Positions 12,181 through 23,954 of a stretch of 64,000 nucleotides of DNA are shown here, in pieces; the first letter of the stretch is position 1; each line of letters opens with the position of its first letter. A program made the position numbers and the translations under genes. The notes below the pieces were generated by a model. It saw nothing but the letters and a program-made list of their open reading frames with translations. It was not told where the DNA came from and did not search any database. The stretch is from Sphaerodactylus townsendi (Eukaryota), in assembly GCF_021028975.2 (NCBI RefSeq), contig NC_059428.1:40920001-40984000 (forward strand), given 5' to 3'.

Positions 12181-12852
12181 TTATTTGTGCTATGTGGAAT
12201 GGATCAATAAACATTTTGTTGCACAGCAGCAGGAGTCTTAGTCTTGATCAGATATTCCCGGTTCATTTTACACATATCAAACACCTGCAAAATGTTTTCA
12301 TAATGAAAAGCCTTCGACAATACAAGCCTTTCATAATGAAAGCCTTCGACAATACATGTTTTCATAATATTAATGAACATCGGAACACACTGAAAATAGA
12401 AATATTTAATCTGCACAATTCAAAGTGAGCATGCATGATTTATCAATCACAAGATTAAACTGTGGTTAAATATTAACTAGGTTCTCTCCCCCCCCCCCGC
12501 CCCACAGATGACAAGCAGCCAACAGATCCAGAGAGTGAAGTCTTCTCCCACAAAAATTTTTCCATTCTTTTTCCCAAAAAACCAAAAGTTCAAAGCTGAA
12601 CTAATTCGTGTTATGAAAGAATAAACTTACTATGAGACATTTGGAGAAAGACATGAGTCATTGGAATTGACTGGTGGGTGGGTGGGTGAGAAGGGATCAT
12701 GGGGATGTTTCTTGTCAAGAGAATATATAAAGCAATTTTATATTCTTTTGCCTCAGAGATGCAAACTCTGATAGGAAAGGATCCATCAGCATATTTTTCA
12801 GTCTGCTCTGCTAGTTTTTAGTATTTGATTGGATTATAATCAAATGTAGGTT

Positions 12853-13067
12853 AGTCAGTGTAGCATAGTGGTTAGATTGTGGGGAAAGGATCTGGGACAC
12901 CCAGGTTTGAATCCCAGTTGTGCCATGGAAGCTTGCTAGATGATCTTGAGTCAGTCATGTGCACTCAGCCTAACCTACCTCACAAGGTTGTTGTGAGGAT
13001 AAAACTAAAGAGAAGAGAACAATGTAAACCATTATGGGTCTCCACTAGGGAGAAATGTGGGGTACAA
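12853..13067 (+). mobile_element. Older tRNA/CORE SINE (Squam3/MIR-like)
   Basis: gtgtagcatagtggttaga...ccaggtttgaatccc...ctcagcctaacctacctcacaaggttgttgtgagg. Confidence 0.75.
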
Positions 13068-13619
13068 GGACCCCACAATACTATGTCTAACCTTTTATAT
13101 ATGAAAATGTCAACAACAAAAATGAAAAAGTAGCTCATCACAATGACTGAGGAAAATAACAGAACAATTGTTTTTCTAAGATTATTGCCTATAATAGGTT
13201 TAGCAGGCTGAGTTTGGCAACTTCTGAGAGCTTGGGGAGCAGAGACATGGGAGCACGAGTATTGGACATACATGCATGTAATGTCACTTCCAGTAAAACC
13301 AGAAGATGGCATATCACTCTCAGAATTGCTGTGAACTCTGTGGTAAAACCAAGGAGTTTCCAGTGACTCCTAGATAAACGATTTCACTTCTAGAAGTGGT
13401 ATCATGCTGTGTGTGACACCAGCATTTTTTTAACCAGGGTTCCCAGCAGGAGGTTTCCAGTCACAAATGGAGGCCTGGCAATCCTAGTCTGTAATTCTGT
13501 CATCTATTTTTTATAGATGCATGGTGAATGCCTAGAATACACAGTAACATGTAGGTATAGGGGTTGTTTCATTATTCCATGCTTGAAGCATAAACCATGT
13601 ACTATGATTTGTTAGCCAT

Positions 13620-13892
13620 TAGTAGGATTGCAGTCCCCTTGTGGGAACAGGGGATATCCAACCTTCCCCTCTTATTTCCTGCCACTGTTTGGAGCTGCAA
13701 CAGCAGAAACGTTATAAAAATGACTGTCAGGCCAATGGTGTGATGCATGTCAGTTCCAGGAAAAACACAGAAGTGATGTCATACCTCTCTAGGAATCACC
13801 AGGAACCCTATGGTAAAAAACAAGGAATTTCTAGCTATTTCCCAAAGAAAACTTAACATCCTAGAAGTAGCAGCTGGATCTGGCAACCCTAA
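13620..13892. mobile_element. Old hAT (Tip100-like) MITE with TAGGGTTGCC-type ends
   Basis: Right end ctggcaaccctaa; internal gaagtgatgtc/tctctaggaat motifs shared with ~13270-13486 and ~20930-21160. Confidence 0.55.
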
Positions 13893-15454
13893 CCATTAGG
13901 CAAATGCCAGATCTACAAATGTAATGGTGTGTCAATTTTGAAGAGGTAAACATTGCCAGAAGTTCCAAAGTGAAGAAGGCCCAATATACAAAACTCCCAT
14001 TTGATTCTTATCTCCACATGTTGCAGAAAAGTGAGATCATATCTCTCTATTTCGTCTACCATTTGTGCCAGTCTCACCGGACATTCATGGCCTAAGGTTT
14101 GAATAGTTGTATACATGTAGAAATCAGCACATATAACCTCAAATAACCTGGTGCATGAGGGAAATGAACAACATTTTGCTGATGTAGACCAATTGAATTT
14201 TTGAATGCATGCCTATAGCAGGAGAGAACATATATGCCCTGTGGAGGAAACAGAAAGGCATGATTTCATTTTTCTATCATTTTTGAGAAAATGCTGGTGA
14301 GAAAATATTTTCTGATCTGGGCCACCTCTCTGAAAGAACCTACAAATAAGTAGACAGCTCTGCCTTTATACCACTAGTGTATCCTGAATATCTTAACTAC
14401 AAAACTGCACATGAAGAAAATAGGGACACATGTTAGTGAAAAAAGGCTTTACAAACTCAGCCTGTAGCTCAAGCTGTTGTGCAGGCCACTTTAAAATTGA
14501 AAACAAGCAAACAAAAACCACAGGCAACCAGTTGTTTATTTTCCATTGTAAAAGAAAATGTTCATGCAAGAAAGTGGAAGGTGGTTCCTATTTCATTTCT
14601 TGACAATGAACAAAACCACCCATCACCACTAATCTCTGGAAAACTACCAGAACGATAAATTTTACAAGGAAGACACTTGAAGCATTTTTATTTGCATCAT
14701 AACTGAACTATTGATAGAGTGTTTCAAGAAAGATTTAAAGCATTTGGTACCGGTCTGGGCCAGGCATAAGATACCAGACAAGATGTGCCATTTTTTCCCT
14801 GTTCTTATATGGAATTTCCTCTGTTCCATTAATCAGGCCAGCTCTGTTTATTCACAATAGCATGGCTCCTGTTTTTTGCAAAGCAAATGGACAGCATGTT
14901 ATCTCCTTTAAATTCAGTGACAAAATTTAAGCACAGAAATACATTTATACCTAAGCTCAATAGAAATTTCGGACATTTGTGCAAAATCTAATTTGATAGA
15001 CCAGTCTAGAATTTTGTTCCAAGCCAAGATAAATGTAGCTTTTGAAATGTTTAGTACATTTTTCTGCCTAATCCTGAGGTGGAGTATCTTAATGGTTTTC
15101 ATGTTGAATTCTAGGGCTCCTCAAAGTTTTAAAAAGCATTTCTTAATTGTGGACAACCTTCTCTGAATGGCAGTTTTCAACATTCTGCTCCAATGAACAG
15201 GTGAAGGAGGATGCTGGGTGTATATGATACACATTTCACATACAGTATGAACTGATCTTGCCAATGCATCATGTACCAAAAATCCTCTGCAGTATATTTA
15301 GCAGACTACATTCAGAGGGTAGCCATATTCACTCTTGAAAGCTCACACACACACCCCGCCCATTTTTTGTTGGTCTCTAAGGTGCTTCTGGACTGAAATT
15401 ATGGCAGACTATTTAATGTGAAAAGTGTTCCCACAGCACAATGTTTGGAAAATG

Positions 15455-15695
15455 CTAAGCATAAGATTACAGGAAGAGCCTTCCTGGATTAGATTAATAG
15501 TCTATCTAGTTGGACATTATGTTTCCCAGGAGGACCAACTAGATGCTCTAGAAGGTTCACAAATTAGGTCCCAGAAGCCAATGCTTCCCCCTGTTACTAA
15601 TCCTCACTAGCAACTGGCATTCAGAATTACAGTGTTTCTAAACATGGAGGTTCCATTCAGGCATCATGGCTAAACCCCACTGATGGCTTCATCCA
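15455..15695 (-). mobile_element. Old CR1 3'UTR fragment
   Basis: cataagattacaggaagagccttcctggattaga...tctatctagt...aacatggaggttccattcag, homologous in layout to the CR1 3' end at 9.3 kb. Confidence 0.55.
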
Positions 15696-16367
15696 CATTC
15701 CCCATGAACGCTTACCCCATAGATCCAGAGAAGATGAACTTTAGACAAGGAGACTGGAAATGCACAGAAGTGGGAATGCTTAGTGCACACCATAATTGCT
15801 GGATCTTATATTTTGCAAATATTTTAGGTGGGCGTGAATAAAGTCTTTCCAATTCCTAGATATTAAGCCAAACTGTCCTGACATGAACAACCATGTTTCT
15901 TCTTTAATTTAATTTTTCATCAGCCCAAAACCACCAAAATAAACTTGGCTGTCCAAAGCTGCGACAAGACAAGTCATAGCTGCACTCATGAATTTATGAA
16001 GCCTATGCTCAATCTTCAACAACAGTTTAGTCAGAGCTACTTTATTAAGATCACTTTCTTGTAAACACATTTGCTCAAACGTGATTACATCACATTTAAA
16101 ATTATTTATGTGCTAGTAAACTAACATTCTACTTTTGTATTATACTGAGCGGTGAGGTCATTAGCAAGTTCAGATGGTCTGGAGACTGGGAACAGAACTT
16201 TGCTGCAGGCACAATCTACTGGATAGACTCCCAGTACAGCTTCTGTAATTGAAGGAGGCTGGAGAGACTGGTACAGAAAGTACTGCTTTAGATACTGTAG
16301 GCAGTAAACCATTAAAATCTGAATGCCAATTCTGTAAGGCTCTAGCAAAACTTTCTCCCATCCATTA

Positions 16368-18075
16368 ATTTATTTATAAAATTCATACGCTCCTTTTCTG
16401 CCCAGTCAGGGCCACCAAGGCCCACCAAGTCATTACAAAAACATATAAAATAGTTAAACCCAAAACTAAAATTTATATTAAAGGCACAGAAAACGGTAAA
16501 TAAAACACAGGGCAGAAAGGAGGGATCACTGAAGGAACACCAGACAAAACAAAAAGCCTTTATCTACCATGGGAGAACAGAGGCCCATTTCGCACAGCAC
16601 AAATAACATGTTTTCAGGAAGGGAAAAAAGCGGTTTGATATATGGAGTTTCACATCCCCCCCCCCCACAAAAAAAAATTGGAAAATGTTTAATTTGTGCT
16701 CAAAATGGGTTATTCTGGAAATATTAAACTAGTGAAGTTTTCCATGAAGTTGTTTTAAAAACATTTGTTGCTTGTTGTGTGGAGAGCAGGAAATGTTTTG
16801 TTTTTCCCGCCTGAATGTAAAGCTCTCACTTTCATTTTCTCAGTTACTCAGGCCTGCCATTTTCTGCTGCTTCAGCTTAATTCTCCATGCTGACTACCAT
16901 TTTTTATTCTTTCCCACAGACATTTTGTCCACTGGCATCACAGCTGGGCACCATTTCAGTGATTGAAGGACATGAATGAACTCAGTTATGCCAGCCGATT
17001 ACGGCGATGTGTTGTTTCCCCCTCTTTTTACATTTTTGGTGACGTATCTTCAAAGCTTTGAAGACTCAATATGAGAGTCCATGCTGATTATCATATTGGA
17101 TCATTAAATCATCGAATTATCAAAAATACCTCACCTTTTTAAAAAGGGGAAAACAACATGTCGCCGTAATCAGCAGGCACCTGAGTTAATTCATGTACTT
17201 CGATAATTGAAATGGCACCCAGCCACAATGCCAAGCAGAGGAAATATCTGTGGGAAAGAATCAGAAAATGTGGGGAGAATCAAACTGAAGTGGAAGAAAA
17301 TGGCAGATAACAGCCAATAACAGATAACGTTTTCCCCTAAAACACTTTACTTGTCTGTGGTATGTGGACAAAAAAAGCCAAAATGGTTCTTTTAAAAAGG
17401 TTTCTTAAATATTTTACATGATCTGTGGAGAAAGGGCCAGAGACAGAAGGAGAAATATGAATATCCCCAGGAAGACAGTTCCATATGGCAGAGAAGGCCC
17501 TCTAGGATCACCATCCACCCAATAACACAAGATGGAGGCACCCAAAAGCAGGGGCAGAAGGTGACCTTAGCAATCAGATTTGTATGGGAACTGGTGGTCT
17601 TTCAGGAATACAAGTCCTAAACCACATAGGGCTTAAAAGCCAATACCAGCACTTTGAACTGGGCTCAGAAATGAACTGGGAGGCAAAGTAGATGGGTCAA
17701 GACTGGAATGATATGGCCCCTATGACTTCAGTCAATAATTGGGTTTTACTATGTACCAACTGAAGTTTCCAAGCACTTTTCAGGGGCAGCCTCACACAGA
17801 GTGCATTGCAGTAATCTGATCTAGATGCTACTAGCGTATGCACCACAGACACCAGATCTTTTTTGTCCGGGAAAGACCACAGACGGCCAAGTAGTCAAAG
17901 CTGGTAAATGATACTCCTAACTGCAGCTACCACCTGTCTGTCCAGTAGTATGCCCAGGTCCAGGAGTACCCCCAAACTATGGACTTGTTTCTTCAAGGGG
18001 AGTACAATCCCATCCAAAACAGTTAACATCTTAAATTATCGTCACCAATAATTGTTGGGATTAAGCTCCAGTTTA
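16368..18075 (-). mobile_element. L2 LINE 3' portion, interrupted by a Harbinger-type element
   Basis: tttatttat tail at left; accagcactttgaactgggc, ctgaagtttccaagcac, gcattgcagtaatctgatctaga (reverse of the L2 SRLDYCNA motif). Confidence 0.75.
16582..17438. mobile_element. Non-autonomous Harbinger-type element, 857 bp, with long internal inverted repeats
   Basis: TIRs ggcccatttcgcacag / ctgtggagaaagggcc; exact TSD AGA; ~16850-17030 is an inverted copy of ~17140-17310. Confidence 0.85.
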
Positions 18076-19521
18076 TTAGCCTGGGAATTATATCACTTCC
18101 AAGTTCATTGCACCCTCCATTGCAATGAACAGTAGCCCTGGCAACCCTAGATACCACATTGACATGTAAGGTTTGGCCATCTTTCAGGATCACAAGCCAA
18201 ATTCAAGTAAAGGTAAGAGGCCCTCATGAAGAGAGCTACTAGAATTTTTGTTCATATTTGAAGTCCTTGCAAAACTTAAGAGCACAGGAGTGAAAATGTT
18301 TATTATTCATATTGTTTTGTCGCATATATGTATTGCTGGGATGGAGATTGATCACAACAGGTAAAACTGAGACAAACCTAACATTGCCATTTGTATGGCT
18401 TACGTATATGCCGTTTTTGGCAGGCTCCTACATCTGCATTTATTTGGCGGTTCACATTTTGCCCAGGCCTAGACTTATTCCTAGACACTTATTCCTGAGG
18501 AGCAAGTACAGACATAGTTAAGGCACTAGACTAGGAATTAACTGATCTGGTTTGTGTTTCTAGAGCTAGTACAGTTTTCCACTGTTTTTAGCCAAGTTAC
18601 TGAAACTGAGATTCTCCAGAAAGCTCAGCCTGAGTGGGGCAAATCTTTTCAAGCATTCATCTGAAAGCAGTACAAAGAAAAGTAATAGCACTAACTCATC
18701 AGAACTGTAGAATTTGTTTCCACATTTCTGTGCATCAGTTCTTGAAAAACAGGATTCTCGCATAATTTCACTGCTGTAGCAATCTGCATGAGTTGGTTAT
18801 GATGCAAATTTTCAGGAAAACTTGCAGGTAAATGCTGCCAGCCCCACAAAGACTTCTGAATCCATATAGAGTCATGTTTCAGAGGCAACTTGAGCAATGA
18901 ATATTGTAAGACGATTGCCCACGTTGACTTCTCATTTGGGCAAAGCATGTGTGATCCCAGAAGGTTTTGTATGGTTCTTATAAAATCCCAATATTTCTTC
19001 AAAACCTTTCTAGCGTTCATAGAAGATAATATTTGAAACAGGAATGAAAAGTTAATAAACTCGATATTAAGAAATCAATCGGCATTATGATAATGCAGAA
19101 TAAAAATGTCACTGTGCTCTATGAATATCCCATATCTCTCTGGTAAAGACCGTCACATGTCCCCACACCCCCAACTTCCCGCCTGATGAGACCTAATAAA
19201 CTGCAAGCATATTATATGAATGCACATTACATCTGCTGCACTGCAGAACAACAACAAACAGCCAGCCTCCTTAACTTAATGATATACACCTCAGGACAGA
19301 CATCTTGGCTTGGAAAGAAAATATGAGAATACTTAATTAAGAGCTTTTTAATTTGTTGTCCTTCCAGGCCCGTGAGTGTCCTGGCCTGGTTTTGAACAGT
19401 TTGTGTAGGATCAGGACTCCTGCAAGTTACCAGAAAGCAAACTGAATCTGCTTCCTTTTTACATGCCCCAAAGTCTGTTAGCACTGAAAACATCTGAGTC
19501 AGAAAGAGAGAGAGGAACAGA

Positions 19522-20360
19522 GGTCCTTTCTGCATAGGTCAAATAAGAGGTCCTTAGGGTAAGGGGACCAGATGGCCGCCTTTGTAAACCGGGACGGGCG
19601 GGTAGGCAGGTGGTGGTGCGCGCGCATGCGCACAGCCGTAGGAGCGCACTGCCTTCTGGGGCACTCCCGTTTCCCGCCCTGTGACAGGGCGGGAAACGGG
19701 AGCGCCCCAGAAGGGAGTGCTCCTGCGGCCACGTGCGTGGGAGGCTGCCGCACTGCCTTGCGCTCCAGAAGGCAGTGTGGCAGCCTTCCAAAAATCGAGA
19801 AACTTCAAAAAACCCACGGGACGCGGGACAAATTGTCTTAAGGCGAGACTGTCCTGCCAAAAGCGGGACGTCTGGTCACCGTACCTTAGGGCATCTTAAA
19901 AAGAACCGTCTTGGCTTTTCCTTTCTGCACAGCACAAATAAAACTTCTTTGGATGTTTTAAAAAGAACCCTGTTGGCTTTTTTGTCTGCATAGCAGACAT
20001 TTTATTTACCAATTACTTTCAATTGCAAGTAGATGTCCTCCACAGAGGACAAGCCTACCCAATGCTTCTTAATGAGTAGTAGACCAGCCCTCTGAGCGAC
20101 TGCAATTCTCAGATGATGTCTGAGTAGCTACAAATGCATCTTCCTCCAATCAAAACAACAAAACAAAACAAGGAAAAAACATATATGCACGAAATTGCCA
20201 GGAAAAACCAAATTTATTCATGAACATTTTACAAGGAAATAGTAATCAGATGAGCTGCAAGCATATGAAACCTCTGTGGGAAATAAATGAAGCAAATGAT
20301 GACAGCACGGACACTCAAGCTGCAGAAAAGGGCCGGTGGAAGCTGCTGCAAAAAATGAAA
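19522..20360. mobile_element. Harbinger-type element fragment related to 21654-22716, interrupted by a hAT element
   Basis: Left end ggtcctttctgcatagg after AGA; caatgcttcttaatgagtagtagacc at ~20060 matches ~22255-22290; right end not found. Confidence 0.55.
19560..19883. mobile_element. Non-autonomous hAT (Tip100-like) element, 324 bp
   Basis: TIRs taaggggaccagatg / cgtctggtcaccgta; exact 8-bp TSD CCTTAGGG (19552-19559, 19884-19891). Confidence 0.9.
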
Positions 20361-20367
20361 GTAAGTG

Positions 20368-20901
20368 TGTAACCCCCATGCTCAGAATGGGTTGACCCAG
20401 TAAGGGGTGGAGACTCAGAGCAGCACGAGGCAGCAGACCTCATGTAGTTGGAGGAGACAAGGCTACCAGACTCGGACCTTGATTTCTATAAGCCCTTAAC
20501 ACCTTGTTAAGGTAAACTGCAATATTGTTGGGAACTACTGGGAAGGTAGTTGTTTATTTTTGCTATGTTGTAAATGTTGGAGTTTATTGTTTCAGGGTTT
20601 CTTTTGTGGTTGTAATGGGTGAGAGTTCTCCTGGAAACCTTCATCATGTTGAAGCCTGTTCATCAAGCCCTTGGAGTCTTCAGGAGCCAACCCACTTGCA
20701 AAGAAGAAATGGACTTGGCAGTATCAGTAGACTGTAAATAGAAGGACTTGAAATTGCAACCTGAACAGGACCTTGAAATGTGATGTTAAATGTTGATGTT
20801 ATATGTTATGTGTTAAGAAAGTAAACCATTTTGTTTTTAAAAACTGTTGTTGCAAACTCATTCCAGGTTCTCCCCCACAGAACCCACAAGCTGAGGTTAC
20901 A
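20368..20901 (+). mobile_element. Solo LTR (534 bp)
   Basis: TGTAACC...GGTTACA ends, 4-bp TSD AGTG, TATAAG and AGTAAA signals; near-identical copy at 62273-62807. Confidence 0.92.
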
Positions 20902-21653
20902 AGTGCTCTAACTGGGGGCGTGGGGTGGTGAAAAACAGGAGAAATTCCTAGAGCATCACCCAGAAGTAGCATCAAGGCCCAGAAGTGAAGTCACATTCTC
21001 TGTGGAATTTCCTCCATTTCTGTGCTAAAGATTTTAACTTATGAGAATTCCTACAGCAGTATGGAAGAAGTGATGTCCTTCCGAAACTCCATACCCTGTA
21101 GGCACTTCCCCTCGGGGCAAATCTCTCAATGTTGTCTGTAGCAAGACTGGCAACCCAAGCTCCAGTTTCCCCCCCAGGTATCTATTCTGTGTCCATCTAC
21201 GTCTTCAGCTATGCTAAATTAGAAGCAAAACTTGTTGTCAGGCAACAGTTAACTATCCCATGCTAAAAAGACTTGCCAAGACCTTTCTTTGGTGTTCTTT
21301 CCCACCCTATTGGCTAGATTTTGCAATCTTCCATCACCACTGACTGGACTGTCTTTTTCAATGTATTATGATTAACTCTCACAGATTATATCCAATTGCC
21401 TGTTTTTGATATAGCGGAGCGACTACACAGCCAGGAATACATCAAATCCCCCCAAACAACATGAAATAAGCAGAAAATCAGCTTCTACCAGTACAATATG
21501 TAATAGCAAAGTGACACAGAGAGGAAGGTCCTAAGTTCAGTCCCCAGTAACTGGTTAAAAGCACCAAGTAGTAGTTGCTATGAAAGACCTCTGCCTGAGA
21601 CCCTGGAATGCCATTTCCACAGTGGACAATACTGATTTTGGCAGAACAACTAT

Positions 21654-22716
21654 GGTCTGTTCTGCACAGCACAAATAAGAAGTCCTGAGGATATGATTAA
21701 AAAGGCGTCTTGGGGAGGAACTCCACACAGCTTTTTCCCAAAGATTTCCTCAGGATGCCTTATTTCAGCCCAAGCTATCTTATTTTGAAGATTCTAGAAG
21801 GAGGACTTTGCCCCTTCAAGTCATTTGCAAGACGTCTCCTGCCTGGCTGTGCAGAATTCAGGAGGCGCCTTATGCTGCCTGCCCAACCATTAAACTCTTT
21901 GGTCAGTTTCCTCATCAGCTTGTGCCTGACGTTTGTGTGCTGCTGAAGGGATTCTCCTTGCTTCCATTTGCTGTCCCAGGCTATTTGCTCTGCAGGATCT
22001 GATGCTGGACGGCTTTTCAGCGCAAACAGTATATAGTTGTACTTAGCTCATCCTGCAATTCCAGCAATATATAGTTTCCTTTTTTTAAAAAAAATGATGA
22101 GGTGTCTGCATTTCACAAATTTGAGAATCTTAATCACTTGGAGAAATGATCTACCACCCATTGTGAAGCTTTGGGTAGACCTGCCCTCCACGGACCATCT
22201 TCGCTGTTTCTTACAGCACAGAAAAACTAAGACTGTCCACTGAAGGCAGGTCTGCCCAATGCTTCTCAATGGGCAGTAGACAAGTTCTCCTAGCAGCTAA
22301 GATTCTCGTATTCGTGTCTGCATTTTTTTGCAGACACCTCCTCGAAAACAAAAAACCCCAGGATAACTATATATTGTTGGAATCAGCAGGATGAGCTGAG
22401 TACACCTATGTACTCCTCAGGCTGAAAAGGTGCCCAGGATTGGGACCTACAAAGCAAAAGTCCTGAGGCAATCTTTAGCAAATGGAGGCAGGGAGAATCC
22501 CTTCAGCTGCACACAAAATGTTGGGCACAAGCTGATGATGAAACTGGTCAGAGAACTTACTGGTCGAGCAGGAAGAAGCCTCTTTTCTCCTCTGGACATG
22601 AGAGGTGGATTTTTTTTAAAGACATAGTGTCTTATTTGGGGTGTGGGGAGCAAAAAGCAATCACCTGTTTTTAAGACGTACCCCAGATGTCTTTTTTGTG
22701 CTATGCAGAATGGATC
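21654..22716. mobile_element. Non-autonomous Harbinger-type element (~1.06 kb), possible transposase remnant
   Basis: TIRs ggtctgttctgcacagcacaaa / tttgtgctatgcagaatggatc; flanks TAT / AAT; sits in an old CR1 fragment; right half repeated at 51230-51658. Confidence 0.75.
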
Positions 22717-23819
22717 AATCTGACTCAATATAGGGCAATTTCATGTGTATAAGTCACAACAGGGGACACAGCAATCATATAAAACAGCAGAGTATCCTGC
22801 TGAATGTCTAAACTCAGTTAAGAAGCCATCAGTTCCCCATATTCCACATTCTTCCTCTTGCACAAATCCATCTTCAAAGAAAGAAAGCTTAAACTGCACG
22901 TGTACATGTATTTCAGCAGTTTCGACTCTCATTCACATATGTTTTCTGTATAGATCCTCAAGTCAGCTTTGGGCAAAATTAAATTAAATGTAGCACTAAT
23001 CTACATTCAGCTTAGAGGGTTGGATCAAAATGTCCCATTACTCTAGCAGAGTGTTGGTGAAGGATGGTTAATTTTTGCTGCTTCCTCCTTCCTCCTGCAG
23101 ACCCCCACTCAAAGTGACGCATGTGTAGACTAGCCCTGAAGCTGCACATGCTCCACATTGCTGTAAATAATCACAGTCAGGTCTGTAGGATCTTATATCT
23201 AGATCAGGAGTCACCAACCCTTTGAACCGATGGGCACGTTTGAAATTCTGACACTGTATGGTGGTTTCAATTCAACAAGTCTCAAGTTTTGAACAGACAT
23301 ACCAACACAAAATATTCTGATTTAGAAAGCCTAACTACCAACCATCATGACACTAAGCCCAACTCATCCTGTATCACATCTCTGCAATTTGATTATCAAA
23401 AGCTGCTGCAAATACCTTTAGTGCTGACAACCAACAGAGACCCATGTTCATCTGATTGGCAGTAGTGGTGAATTGGCATTGTTCTATCTAGCCTCACCCA
23501 AATTTGCACTGAGAAGGGGCTGGAAAAAGGTTCACAGCTCCTCTGATCCTGCTCTATATCTCCTTAGGGAACTCAGATCATGCCTTGGTAAGGGAGGGAG
23601 CTCATGTAGGCTTCTCAGCAGGACTGGACAAAGCAGTAATATTTAATGCTCTGAGTTTTTGTTTTTTTATAATACCAAGTGTTTCTTTTTGGGGTTGTGG
23701 CAATGGTTCCTTCAAAGCCACAGATATGATTTATTACTTATGAGAAACCAAAGAATCAGTTTTGGCCTGATTTGCTTTGGAAAGCTGACTTTTAAATATT
23801 CTTTTGGTTTTATTTCCAG

Positions 23820-23954
23820 CATGAATTGACAAGTAATGGCATTTTTGGAACAACTAAAACAGGAGAGACTTCTTCCTTAAGTCCAGATTAGCATTTTTTG
23901 AAGCAAACAATATGAATGCTGCTATAGCACATTTCAGCCAAGTGGAAATGAACA
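23820..23954 (+). other. Candidate non-coding exon on + strand
   Basis: ttcttttggttttatttccag acceptor and ACA|gtgagt donor; stops in all three frames. Confidence 0.25.

Noticed and set aside
13913-14116. Minus-strand ORF after a ccttag acceptor-like site
   Set aside because: No recognisable product and no good donor.
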